A stretch of 58,004 nucleotides of DNA, counting the filler, from Sphacelaria rigidula (taxonomy: Eukaryota): NCBI GenBank assembly GCA_964200075.2. It is 9 parts of 9 records of this genome, joined end to end, with 100 filler letters (N's around TTAATTAATTAA, not from the genome) between each part and the next. Parts side by side here need not be neighbours in the genome. Positions count along the whole stretch, not along the records: positions 6,457 to 12,812 come from CAXNAA020020569.1; positions 12,913 to 19,268 come from CAXNAA020020570.1; positions 19,369 to 25,724 come from CAXNAA020020571.1; 6 more parts are not named here. One strand, 5' to 3'. The notes below the pieces were generated by a model, which did not search any database, was not told where the DNA came from, and saw only the letters and a program-made list of their open reading frames with translations. The translations under genes and the position numbers were made by a program. Of the stretch, positions 12,225-24,534 are shown one piece after another (the first letter of the stretch is position 1; the number at the start of each line of letters is the position of its first letter).

Positions 12225-12748
12225 TGTTACATTGTGCAGTCGGAACGTACCACCGTGCAACGTACAGGTGTATATGTCACAAAAAGACACAAAAACACAG
12301 CAAGGCGAGGCTGGTGTGTGGTGCGCGTTGACCCAACGTGGCACAAGATGTGCAGTCAAGCGCTGCAGCAAGCAGCAAGCAGCAAGCAGCAAGCAGCAAG
12401 GCACGAATACTATGTACGAGGGGACACACAGGCCAGAAGCTTTGCAGCAGCTCAAGAACTGACTATCGAGAAGCGATAGGTATGACTACTTACCGTACGT
12501 GAACCGAAGAAAAACACGAGGGGGGCAAAATTGATCACAAAAGCTGCGCTCGTGCAGCCCGACGGGCAGGGATGCAAATCGGTGTCAAGAAGGAAAAAGC
12601 AATTGCAAAAGAAGAAGCTCCTTCGTCAAACGCCAAATGTAATGAGGTTGCGGTGCTATTATAGCACAGGCACAGCTTACAGTCCAAACACAGGCTAACA
12701 AGGCAAGTGGACAATAGACAGTCTGGCACAGCTCAGCACAATATAACA
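12225..12748 (-). repeat. Candidate 5' LTR (~524 bp) with possible PBS
   Basis: Minus strand begins TGTTATA at 12748 and ends TGTAACA at 12225 (TGTTA/TAACA terminal inverted repeat). TGGTGATTCAG follows after 5 nt (12219-12209). The second LTR is not in the window. Confidence 0.45.
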
Positions 12749-12812
12749 GCCGATCCTAATTTTTGGGGTTGAAACAAAATATGAGGTTGAAGTCCCATCC
12801 CTTCATTGCAGG

Positions 12813-12912
12813 NNNNNNNNNNNNNNNNNNNNNNNNNNNNNNNNNNNNNNNNNNNNTTAATTAATTAANNNNNNNNNNNNNNNNNNNNNNNNNNNNNNNN
12901 NNNNNNNNNNNN
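12813..12912. other. Artificial contig linker
   Basis: N44-TTAATTAATTAA-N44. Confidence 0.98.
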
Positions 12913-13039
<127 letters not shown>

Positions 13040-14792
13040 GAGCAACCGCCATCGTAGTAGCTATCGTTCTTCCTACAGCAAAAAAAATCATATATTCTCG
13101 AGGGTTATGGTCGGGGAAAGAGTGACCGTGAGGTTACGCATACCGGTCGGAAAGCGTGCGAAATTGGTTCAAGAATGACTGCGTCACAAAACACACCCTC
13201 GGGGTGGGTTTCTTTACACTCCTTATGTGATGGCGATGGACGGAACCACCAGCAGTAACATATGCATCCTACTTGCGGCCAGTGCCAACTTGCGTGTTGG
13301 ACACCAGAGGTGTGCTAGCGGGCCGCTGAATACCGTGAAGACGGTGTACTCTGTACGATGCATCGACCCACTCTACAGTGCCTTCACGCGTGTTCCTGAT
13401 GTCAGCCTTTTGCAGCTAGCGGACATCACTAAAACAGATTTTACAACTTGGGTGCTTGCTGAGATACAAAGATGGCATCACATTGCATGACACAGATACA
13501 TCTACTTCGTACTCGTTGACACCGCTTCTGCTGACCGATGGTTGCTGTTGCATATACCGCATCTCTGGTATGCGCGGCTGATTGCCCGCTACAGCGTAGC
13601 CCCGACATACCTGACAATCGACAAGCGTTCGTTCACCTGACAGGCCGTATCATCCGCGGGACAGCTAACGCTCCTGAGTATATCCGCAAGTGTAGGCTCA
13701 CGCTTCTGATCCAGCATAGACAGCGCTACTGAGCGCCGTCGCCCTTGGGGCGGGCGCTTAGGAGGCGACATCTAACCGCACAACGAGGTGCTAGCTAGCA
13801 CGACGTGTGTTTGTCGCAAACGTGGAGCTAAATGCCCACTCGTATGGCTGCATAGCCATGCAATATAGCTGCGAGTTCAATGTTTTTGCGGCAGTACTGA
13901 AGACCATACGCGGCAGGTATCCATATATTTTCTTGACGAAAGAATGCGCTCCATCTGTGTGCGCGGATATGTTGCTATAGGTAGATGTGTGCTCGTATCG
14001 CCTTTCGCGGTGCCAAGACATTCTGAACATGAACGGCAAAAATGCGGGATAACTTGTTCCGTTTGGAGTTAGTCAGTTTGTACGACGTCAATTTGCTCGA
14101 GATTATAAACACATTGAAAAACCTCCTGATTTGACAACAACGGCGGCATCAGTGCATTTCATCTTTAAGCTCAGCGCTGGGGGTGCTGTATAAACGCTGT
14201 GCAGGTAAACACTCCATTCTACAACCAACGCAATGTTGTCGTTTCCGCGGCACGGTGTACATAGATAGCCCTACAGTCTTAGCAGTGTGGCGGAAATCTG
14301 ACGCCGGGAAATCTCCACCTACCGCAATTCCACCGCATATTTTGTTCTCACGAACAGTTTAAATTGCCCCAACACTGGCTGAGAGCGTTGAGTCGATCGG
14401 GAGGCGGCTACAGCGCAAGGCATACAATTCCATGGACACTCTCAGTTTCCGTAGCTTACACCAGAATTTGAGGAGCACAGGGTAGGTGCGGAAATCGCAT
14501 GCACTTGAGATTGTCCAGTTCGAGGACTACTACTACTACTACTGTACTGTATACTGTATATTGGTTGGAGGTAGATGGGACGGTCAGCATCCCCGCCGCC
14601 TGTAGCCATGCTTTCAACATCACTTTTTTCGAGCATTGTGGTGGCGACACCTGATGTTCAGATCCCACCGAAAGTTCTCCCATTCAGACAATTTTCCCAA
14701 GTACCTCGTTTCTCTAGGTATTTGGAAGTACAAGGTTTGTGTCACATGAGGATTCGTGTCATTGGTACTACACCACCATGCTTCGAATTATA

Positions 14793-15407
14793 CTTCCTTT
14801 GACACATGAGTTAGCTCGATTACGTTTACACGGGTCCTTAACCGTGTCCGATTTAATTTTCGTTTTGTTATTGCATTCGTTGGCGTTTTTTGAGCTAGAA
14901 ACAACACTTTTTCCACAACGTGGGTGCTCAACGCGTGCAGTCTCGTCGTCGAGAAAAAGTAGGTCGGCCAAAAAACGGGAGTTTTTCGCTTTTTTTCGCA
15001 GTAAGCATGGGTGATCCGGGAACACGAAAAATCGCGAAAAACCGTGAAACAAAACGTGAACAAAACGTGAAAATCGCAAAATAACCATGGATTTGGGATA
15101 CCTCCTTGACGCTAACCTACGCACGCCCCATCAAACATATTTTCAGCATGTAATCGCCAGTGTTTGACGTAAGAACGTCCAAAATTGGTCATTGTTGGGG
15201 TATACATGGACCAAAAATGGGACAAAATGGGCGTATTTTGACGTCATTTTAGATTGGACCACTGACTTTTTTTTCATTTATTATTCTTGCATCAGCTTCG
15301 TTGGCGCTTTATCTTTCCTACGAATCCAACCACGGGATGATCGGAAGAGTTTGAATGCGCAAACGATTAAAAGCCCATAACCGACCAGACTTATGTGTCA
15401 GAGGAAG
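14793..15407. mobile_element. Stowaway-like (Tc1/mariner) MITE, 615 bp
   Basis: TA|CTTCCTTTGACACATGAGT ... ACTTATGTGTCAGAGGAAG|TA: terminal inverted repeats with a TA duplication. A related right end is at 37690-37815. Confidence 0.75.
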
Positions 15408-17475
15408 TATATGTCAGCTATTGCATGCGGTATTATTGTACGGCACTGTCATTGTGACGAAAAATGAATATGGCTCCGCCAGTAAGTCTCGGCGATCGAC
15501 TCCTGTGTACGAGCTACTCCAGCCCCAAATGACCCCGTACATCATCCGATGGAGGAAATGAAAGTACAAAGTCACCAGTGTCCGAACTTCAAAGTAGTAG
15601 TGTCTTTCTGCTGTTCAAGCTTCACAAACCCAAGGTACCACGCTGTCGGGTGCGGTAAAACTCCATAAACATAGACGAAGTACATTTTATACGTCCCAAA
15701 TAATAGGTTATAAGTTTTTCTTCCTCTTATACTGCAAGTAGTTTGCGATGACGACGTTCCGTTACTTCTGCGTACACAGCTCGCACATCATGGAAGAGTG
15801 CCGAGGACATTGACATTCGATCAATACCGCTACGTGTATGGACCATTAATCCTGTAAATCGGACAGACCTTTTTCGCAAGTCAACCACGAGGTGATCCTG
15901 CTTCTTCGCTCAACCGGAGCCAAATCATGATATTTCGATAGCCAAATTAAGATCTGGAAGGCAGACCAATCAGCTCGACAAGCGGTGATCCATACCAGTG
16001 TTTGATCAAGACCATGTCGGTGTCCAAGCCGTCTACACCTCGTGCTCATTTGTTGCACTGAGCGACCGCGAAACGCACGCGTCCCCGAAGTTGGCCACGA
16101 GAAAGTTCGCTGTTCCGGCTCACACATCAGTCTACATCCAGCGATCAAATCGCATCAACCATCGAATCGCTTAGTGAGTGAGGAAATTTGGCCGAGTATC
16201 CTCACGGACACCAACCGAAGAAGCCGCCTGACTGCGGTGAGACGATGGAATTTCCACTTGTCCTATGCGCCCCCACATGAACGGGGCAGGTCAAGACGAT
16301 AAATAATAGAATCAGAGCAAACCCAAGACAATCCTGCTGGCAATTGCAGGCGGTATTCTCACGTCTTGGAGAATGTGATGTGGGCTAAAACTGTATTTTC
16401 CAACTCAACATGAACGCCGATAATTTTTAGCAGTGGGGAGAGGGGAAGGGGTGGTATCTGCCTTATTGCGCTCAGGTTAGCAGCAACCCACCAGAGCTCA
16501 CAATCATCGGCAGGGGGAATATCGTGCAGAAACGTTACCCCGGGTCATTATGTGCAGTGTGGTTGTGTACGCTAGGTGGACATAGACAACTGTCTCCGTA
16601 TTGAGACCCGAAGCCTTGTCGCCGAACCGCCCCCTCGCGACCATTCCTTGTCGACGTTTTTGCGGTACTTTTTGTATAGTGTAGCGATATGTCTCGGTGC
16701 AGCTGGAGGAGCTCGGAAACTTTGTATCGAAAACACTGCGATCAGCGCAATCTCCGGATCAAAGAGGAAAGAGCCAGACTGAAACGACTGCGGGAAGCGG
16801 AGGAATGGCATATCACAGGCGAGTGTTCCCCGAGTACAGTATTGATATATTGTTGCCACGCTTCAGCTTGGGTTACGAGTCTCGCTATAATAGTGTTATG
16901 ACATGATGTTGGTATAGTATCGAGGGTCCGCCGGGAATTTGTAAAGTAGCTGTGAGTGATGGCGTGATGAACGTTACGCAGTGTTACAGGGACCGCTTGT
17001 GCCATTCGGTGTGACGTCAAGTGCAGTACACCGTTTGGACGAATCGTTTGGGTATTGGGTTAGGGTAGTAATCCACAAGGATTACAAGCGACGTTAGCTT
17101 CTTGCTGGTAGTATTTCTGTGGGATTTTGACAAAAATTTGACATAGTTACACGTATTCATGGGGTGTGTTTATGCGTGATATTCTTGCGTGCGTCATTGA
17201 GAGCCCCTCGTACTGCAGAGTCCGAACACATCGTTAGCATGCTATCGAGTGACGGCGGACTAAAACTTAATTTTTAGTGCATCGCTGTCCCTCGGGGGTG
17301 ACGCCCCTAGGAACGGGGGCTGGGGTCATACGGGAAGGTCGTCCGGCGGGCCGGACATTAGGACCTTGAATATGAGCCAAGGCTATGATTGCTTCACGTT
17401 TGGCGCATTTTCGGTGATTCTCATCGTACGTTTTGCTTCCTACGGCTTACCTGATGGAGGGTTGTGACCGGGCCC

Positions 17476-17775
17476 TTTTTTTTTGTCGCACTTCGAACCC
17501 CTCCCCTTCCTCGGGATGAGCACGTGGTCTCGAGGGAGCATCACATCTCTCCCCCAGTACACGCCTTACATTTGGGTCTAGGGGATTGGATCAGCGCTCC
17601 CGCACCGCGTCAACTCACGTCAAACAAACTCAGTCGGCTACTTTGTTTACTCCCGTTCTCACGCTTTCCACGAAAAAAAACGACACTACGAAAAAACACC
17701 CAAGGCATCGGGAATCGAACCCTCGTTTTGTCCACCCTACTGGCGACAGTCGGACCATTACACCACCGGTGCGCG
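17476..17775 (-). mobile_element. tRNA-derived SINE family B, near full length
   Basis: Minus strand has A box GGTGGTGTAATGG, B box GGTTCGATTCC, body ...gagtttgtttgacgtgagttgacgcggtgc...gaggaaggggaggggttcgaag and an A-rich tail. Related copies at 20555-20860, 35920-36050 and 52870-57205. Confidence 0.8.
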
Positions 17776-18563
17776 GCGGCCATGTATGTTTTCCTGTAAC
17801 TTGTACTGTGTGCTATTCATTCCGTCGGGTTCTTCCCCGCTAGTACCCATGCAAATGCCGCAGTCAAAAATCAACGTTGATGATGGAGTTGCACTGGTAG
17901 AATGATCCATCGGTTGCCGCACAATCCGCTTACCCCCGGGACTCCAGCTGCGGTCTTTATGCACACGATGAGCGTACCCAAGCAAGGTGGACACAACGGC
18001 AATACTCTCTGAAGAAAACTCGAGAATGGCAAAAGACAAGAAAATGAAGACAGAAAGGAGGAACATTTGTAAACTGAGCACGCGAAAAAATGAAGGCAAA
18101 GACTAAAACGAAACGATGTTATTGGTAAAGAAAAAAGCGAGAGGGGAGGGATGGGAAGAGGAAAAGAATGACGCCGAGATACTTCTGTCGCCAAGCTATC
18201 TAAATTATTCATGCCCATGTCTTGACGTTTCAGACGCGTTTTGGGTTTGAATATCTGGTATTGGCCAGGATAGTGGTTGCGGTCTATTCCTCACCCGCTG
18301 CTTCGTGTCTTCTTGAGACAGATTGGTAGTTTCATTTCCTCGATCAAGTCTCTTATCTACAAACATAATAATAACTAAAACTGCAGGTCCTCATTAAGTG
18401 AATACTCCAGAACGGACCGGCGTTTCCGTTGCCGAGTTTTTGATGCCTCGGATCATTCTGCAGTTTATGCCGCACCACACTTCGACATCGCCACCTGAGT
18501 TCAGCACGCTCTTCCTATCCATGGAAACTACCGTGTTGTCAACACGACTTCACAAATAAATTT

Positions 18564-18983
18564 CAGCCTAGATCTGTTTGTGAGGTTCAACAATTGGGTG
18601 TTGTTCAACTCGAAAACAGTGCTTTTCCTGACCTAAAGTCATGATCAATGAACTTCATATGGACAAACTCAAGCCCCCCGACCTCCTTGAAACTATTTCT
18701 GGGGGTTGCCCGTCTTCCATGCCCTCAAGGCGTATGTGCGAAAGCACCTTTCTGCCTCGATATCGGGGCGAAAACGGGGACGTTATTCGCCCGAAAATGG
18801 TGCTTTCGCATACACGCTTTGAGGGCACCGAAGACGGGCAACCCCCAAAAACAGTTCCAAGGAGGTCGGGAGGCATGAGGCCGTCCATATGAAGTTCATT
18901 CGTCAAGACTTCAGGTCAGAGAAAACACTGTTTTCGAGTTGAACCTCACCCAAATGTTGAACCTCAATAACGCATTCAGGCTG
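18564..18983. mobile_element. Fold-back MITE (~420 bp near-palindrome)
   Basis: Arms 18564-18750 and 18797-18983 are reverse complements (CAGCCT...AGGCTG), with TTAA after the right end. A second copy begins TTAA|CAGCCTG at 25660. Confidence 0.85.
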
Positions 18984-19268
18984 TTAAGTAGCGCCTTGGT
19001 GTCCTAAGTAAACTCCACGCCCGGCACCAGCTCGCAACATTGTAGATGTCGAGTTTTAGATTTGATGACGCGGCTACGAATTCATCATGCCGCTGCAAAG
19101 ACGGTATATCGACTTCGGCGATCAAGCGGTGGGTGGCGGAAAGGGGGCATAAATGTGATGATCCCGTGTGGAAAGAACAGCCAAATTTTAATTTCGGGGT
19201 TGAAACAAAAAATGAGGTTGAAGTCCCATTTCTCTATTGCAGGGAAGATACGAAAGAGTAACACAGAG

Positions 19269-19368
19269 NNNNNNNNNNNNNNNNNNNNNNNNNNNNNNNN
19301 NNNNNNNNNNNNTTAATTAATTAANNNNNNNNNNNNNNNNNNNNNNNNNNNNNNNNNNNNNNNNNNNN
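19269..19368. other. Artificial contig linker
   Basis: N44-TTAATTAATTAA-N44. Confidence 0.98.
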
Positions 19369-19705
19369 CAGCCCCATATTTTGTATGAACCCCAAAATAT
19401 AAAATCGGCTGTTCAGTGGTCTAAGGCGAAAATATACCTCAAGCAAACAGCGGCCTTGACATTGTTCTGGAAAACAACGAACGAATTTACAACCCAAACT
19501 CAATTTCCACGTGCTGTAATATCGTATTAGCTACATCAGCTCGGCAATCTGCCGGGATAAACAGATTTGAAAATGGTTTCTATGTGATCGAATTTCGCGT
19601 CAAACCGTAGTATTTCGGTGAAGGAGGGCTTAGACATCGTCAGATATCTGCCGGTGGTACGTCCTGACGACTCAGAAATATCCCTGACGGTTTCCTTAAT
19701 ATATA

Positions 19706-20439
19706 TTCCCTATGACCGGGAATATAAGGCCGATAAGCACAAAAAACGGTCTATCTTGAGCCCATCATACTCTTTTCCAGAACCTTTTTTTTTGGTTTTT
19801 ACGAACCAACACGGAGCGTCCAAAACCGGTGTTTCGAAAAAACTTTGACAAAACACGTTGCCCTACCCCAGCAGAAGTCTCTCGAAATCACCACCCCAAC
19901 TTTGAAGACCCGGTCAAAAGCCTTCCCATCTTCTGGTGAGGTATGTACGCTGCTGGGAGTGCCTCCCAGGTGCCACAACGCAAGAATCTCAACGATTTGA
20001 AAAAATCTGCGGTGATTCGGTACCTCCTCGCCGGCAACAAGGGCGGGTTCTGAAGCGAGGTGCGTACAAGGCACCAGCGGAGGAGTTCGGCTTCGGATGG
20101 AAGTCGATCACCAGGTTGTGGAAGAAGTACGATCAGCAGCATAAAGCAGGCGTCGCGCACCCACAGCTGGCGGGGGTGCACGTTCAGCGTCCGCACTTCG
20201 TTTCTCCCGTGGCCGGGGGTGTATTTAAGCTGGATTTTCCACGATTTTCACCTATTTGGGGATACTAACCAACCACCCTCCCCCTATCGAGCGGATACAT
20301 TTTGTTTTATCTAATTTGATATTCGATCATACACCAAACTCATCCGACGTCCGACGTGACTGAATTACCGGACATATCGGACATATCGGCCTTATGTTCC
20401 GGATATCCTCATCGGCCTTATATTCCCAGCCAGAGGGAG
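19706..20439 (+). mobile_element. Internally deleted mariner-like element (plant/DD39D type) retaining the transposase N-terminal HTH
   Basis: TIRs are TA|ttccctatgaccgggaatataaggccgat and atcggccttatattcccagccagagggag|CA. Inside (~19979-20170, one frameshift) it reads RKNLNDLKKSAVIRYLLAGNKGG-LKRGAYKAPAEEFGFGWKSITRLWKKY, resembling the N-terminal HTH of plant mariner transposases. No DDD domain. Confidence 0.75.
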
Positions 20440-20554
20440 CATGTTATAAAAACTGTCAGACTGCACTCAAACGTGGCACTTCGCTAGGTATTGGTGATCC
20501 GACTGTGAGAAGTCATTGTTGACAGCACGTATGCTAACAGCGCACGTTTGCTCG

Positions 20555-20860
20555 CTTCCCTGCCTCGGGACGAGTCCGTGGTTTCAAAGGTGCAGTCCTT
20601 TCTTCCACGGTACACGCCTTGAACTTCGGCATCACGGATGAGATCGACACTGCCACACCGTGTCGACTCTCGTCAAACAAACTCTTCTCTCTCTTCTGCT
20701 ACTCAAGTTCTCACGTTTAAACGTTCTTTTTTGGCGCATATTGGACCCCTCCCCTTCCTCAGGACGAGTCGGTGGTCTCAATGGATCCACTCATCCCTCC
20801 CCGGTATATGCCTTGCATTTTAGTATTGATAGAAGTCAGATACCCCTCCGAGAATGACGA
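20555..20860 (-). mobile_element. Two tandem 3' fragments of SINE family B
   Basis: cctgcctcgggacgagtccgtgg...gactctcgtcaaacaaactc and acccctccccttcctcaggacgagtcggtggtctc match 17490-17640. Confidence 0.65.
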
Positions 20861-21043
20861 ATGCGCCCAGAGTCTACGGGCAGAAGATGTTCGGCCACGG
20901 ATCGCCCCCCTCCCTCCCGGAGGGCCACTTTTCCCACGTTGTCTTGATTTTTTTTTTGTCGAATATCGCTGCAAGAGTCGATTAATGAACACTGACAAAA
21001 AGCGAAACCGAAACGTCTGGTGGGCTTTGCGGGGTTCGTATAC

Positions 21044-21366
21044 ATGCTGCTGCTCCTTGCCCGCTCTGTCTCGACGACCTCAGATGCCGGCCACGCTCAC
21101 ACACATGCATGTACACGAGCGCACGGCAGCGACAGCCTGCAGCCAAAGTGGCAGCATTATCTCACGCCTCGCCAAACTTGCCCACGCTACTGATAATTTC
21201 TCCAGGCACACGACATGAAAAATGATGAGTGATAAGTTCGGGAGGAGCGGGGTGTTCGCCATGTCAGGGGTTTTCATTCCAAATATGTCTGGACACGGCA
21301 GCAGACCGCATCCACCAACGCCTTGGCAATGAACTAGGGGACAGCAGGTTGGGTGTCCTCTCCCCC
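21044..21366. repeat. Unclassified interspersed repeat (family C)
   Basis: Reverse-complement match to 44325-44685 (ctgctccttgcccgctctgt...tgtacacgagcgcacgg...catccaccaacgcct.gg.aat.aactaggggacagcagg). Confidence 0.8.
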
Positions 21367-24234
21367 TCAAAACTCCAACTTTCGATCTTGGGGCTTGCGT
21401 GTTCCGGAATCTTTCCCCCGTGGACTCTCGTGCGTCTGCCAGGAATGAAATTTGCATTTTCCACACCTACTTGGATCCGTTTGTACCATCAGAGCACCAG
21501 GGAGCAGCTATATACATTTAGTCGTATGCATATATGCTCGACACCAAAAAAATGGTGGCAAGCAACAATCTCAGGACTCCTTCGTAAGGTTGAAACAAGC
21601 GTGAATCAATAGCAGGCGGGAAAAATCCACAGAGCAGTACTGAATTGTGCACCCACAGCTGATGCCGCAGAGATATCGCTCTCGTGTACGCGATGTCCTG
21701 CGGGCATACGTGAAATCAGCTGGGTAGACTCCACCATGCACATGCCAACCGTTACTTGGATCTCGGTGTACTGCTCGGAACAGTTCGGGAAAGGAAACCT
21801 GTCGCCTATCGCGAACTCCGTGCGTTGCGGGTTTGGATGTCCCTGGGCTTCGTTTAGTAGGATATGGATATAAATAACACGTTCACGAGGTTCTGTGTCT
21901 AAAGCTTAGAGTGACCGAGGATAAAAGCTGCGTTTTTGATCTCCGTGATTTGAGGATATCGATCTTTCTCGACCTTGTTCAATTAGACCTGGCAATGAAG
22001 GAACGCATTATTCACGTAGTTCTGTGTCTCAATATTCGAAAGGCTGAAGATAAAATCTGGATTTTGCGAACGCCCTGATGGGTATATCGAGAAGTGAGTA
22101 GACGACGTTGTTCAGTGTCCTTTGTAGTGGCAGTTCAGGATTGTCAGGATGTGATCACTACCCAGTGATGGATTTGATCATCTATGTCAGAAATGTTTTG
22201 AGTAAATGTTTTTAGATCGAAGCTGAACTTCCTCGGCCGATTGATTTTCCACTGCATACCTTTCATTTCGCTTGCACTGCAAGTCTGCAGTATCCGGTGA
22301 AAACGGGTGACGAATTCATAACAAAAGTACAAGACGAGTTCTCTGATATACATACAAAATACAAGGAGCTTCCACATGCTGTGGTGTACGTGCCCTTGTA
22401 TACCTTTTTGCTCCTGTGCCTGATGATGCTTCTTGTAAGCACTTCCGGTAGCAATCCTTGAGCCTGCGAGTAGCTGCTACTGAGTCAGGGCTGGTGTGAA
22501 ATGAGCGTACAACTTCTAACACCATCATGGTTCAACGTAAAGGGGAGGTTTGTTCAAAAATAAGCAAACCGTCGTTTATTGCTAACATCGAATTGGCCGA
22601 AGAGGCGTCTAATAGATCAGCCGCTCCCCTAGGGTCACGGAGGAACAGTCAAATCGTCAGCCGCCTTTTCATCATTTCAGTCGCTTTTTGAGGGTCACGG
22701 AGGAACAGTTGAATAGTCAGTCCCAAGCGTTCACTTTGCGGGAAAGTCCACGGATAGTCAGAACAAGGAGACGCAAATCAGCGTAGGTTGGAGACACAAA
22801 AGGTGGACAGAGAGCATAGAAGGAGATGGGCCAGTTCGACAGGGGCCAACAAGTTTTATCGATTAGGTGCGCCTTTTTCCCGCCCACCCACCCGTTTTCT
22901 TTCGAAGGTGGAAGGGAAGGGAGGGGGATTGCTTGACATAGGGTGAAGGAATGGTGGAGTACCATTTGGGGACTTGGTCGTTTGAGATTTTCACGTGCAT
23001 TGGGAGAATTTATGTGTCCCCCTGGTTGTTCCCAGGGAGAGAGAGAGACAGTTTTCATGAGCAGAGACACGATAGTCTATGGCAGAAGGGTTTAGAGATC
23101 GTGCCCTGCAAGCAGTCGTCTCTCTCTTGCCTTCGGGCCCGAAAATGTCAAGGAAAAAAAGGCAATTCGAAAGAAAAGCATCAAACATGGTACTGTATTG
23201 ACAAGAATATAATGCATGTCTCATTTATCTCCTTCCACATTTTTCACGTGTCTTGAATGCCAGGAGGTTTAGTAGATATATTGCTTGGGACCAGTACAAC
23301 AAAAACGATGTCGGCTCCACTGCCGAGGCTGTACGACCTTTATTTCCAAATGTTTCAGAAATCGTGTACCTACTTCTGCGATATATGTGCCGTCATCTTC
23401 GCGTGCTTACCACTCCCTTCACGTGCAGATCTGCTGACGATCTTTTGGCCTATTTTCTTCGTCGTGACTACCCGGCAAGAGCCGTTCCTCAAACCACGCA
23501 ATTTCAAGAGATCAGTCACTAAAGTGGCGGGGAGCGCAATGAGCGTGACGCGCAGACGGCCGCCAGCTTCAAGGACGACCGCGTCTGAAACAGATGAGGA
23601 GCGCCCTAGCTGGGACAAGTCGGCCGCTTCCTTTCGTGAAACAACACAGGTAACAAATCCTCAGGGAGCTGGGTGATTCGGGGTATTGACTCCTTGAAAC
23701 GGCCTCACACGGTTCAATTGTCTATGTAATGTTATGTTGCGCGAAGATTGCGGGAAAATACTTTTGTTGCGATGGCGGGCCGACGCTAGGCGTACATCTC
23801 TTTCAATAGAGTGCGATCTGCATGAAAAGTGCAGCATCGTTCGAAATACTGTTCTGGGTGAAGGATGTGATGAATGGGTCCCCCCGTGTGGACATATCAT
23901 GCTGTGTGTGTGTGTGTGTGTGCGCGCGCGCGCGCGCGTGCGTGTGTTTTACAGACGCATCACATATTTTGAGGGCTTGACTGGCATCACGATCCACGAA
24001 GTAACTGCCAAAATCATGCCGATCTTTCATGCAATCAATACCACCAGTCGAGACCGATCCCACGCAATCGCAAGTGCTGAGACATGCATACCACTCACTT
24101 CTGTTGCATCCTGTACTCCGACTATGCATACATCCCTCTCGCGTCGTGACTGGTGGTTTTCCGACAACGGCATGAAAAACAAAAATAGTTATGGATAACA
24201 TCAATGAAATACCCTTATTTCATGAAATGCTCAG

Positions 24235-24534
24235 GGCGAGGGCGAGGGCGAGGGCGAGGGCGAGGTGCTGATTCGGCTATTCGATCACCACGGGCTTGTC
24301 GCCGTCATCAACGGCGCTTGTGTTAAGAAATTCCTCAAGTCGAGGTTCAACGCGAAGTGCCTCAAGATAGGAGCCCTGGAGCCTTCTCTGCAACAGCTAC
24401 TTCCTCCTCATACATACGTTATCTTGGTCCCGCGGGGAAGCACAGCAGAGTCGGTTGCCAAGGAGGTAGCGGCTCGGTGTAATACCGGCGGTGATGTGGT
24501 TGAATCCTTCGATGACAAGCCAATACCGGTCAAG
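24235..24534 (+). CDS. Probable internal exon, unknown protein
   Basis: ctcAG|GGCGAG...AAG|GTGCGA defines a 300-nt phase 0-0 open frame: GEGEGEGEGEVLIRLFDHHGLVAVINGACVKKFLKSRF...SFDDKPIPVK. Confidence 0.5.

Larger units (their letters stand above)
6457..12748 (-). mobile_element. 5' half of a decayed LTR retrotransposon (probably Ty3/Gypsy-type); pol lies beyond the contig end
   Basis: Successive minus-strand ORFs end in a capsid-like segment and a CCHC zinc knuckle. Candidate 5' LTR is 12748-12225. The flank from 12749 resumes a different repeat also seen at 19177-19245. Confidence 0.7.

Noticed and set aside
15700..16270. Protein-like minus-strand reading (LAIEIS...DHLVVDLRKRSVRF...FHDVRAVYAEV)
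   Set aside because: Many stops and no motif I can name. Possibly a pseudogene, but unsupported without a search.
17700..17775. Possible tRNA gene
   Set aside because: A and B boxes are present, but there is no acceptor-stem pairing and it is fused to a repeated body, so it is a SINE head.
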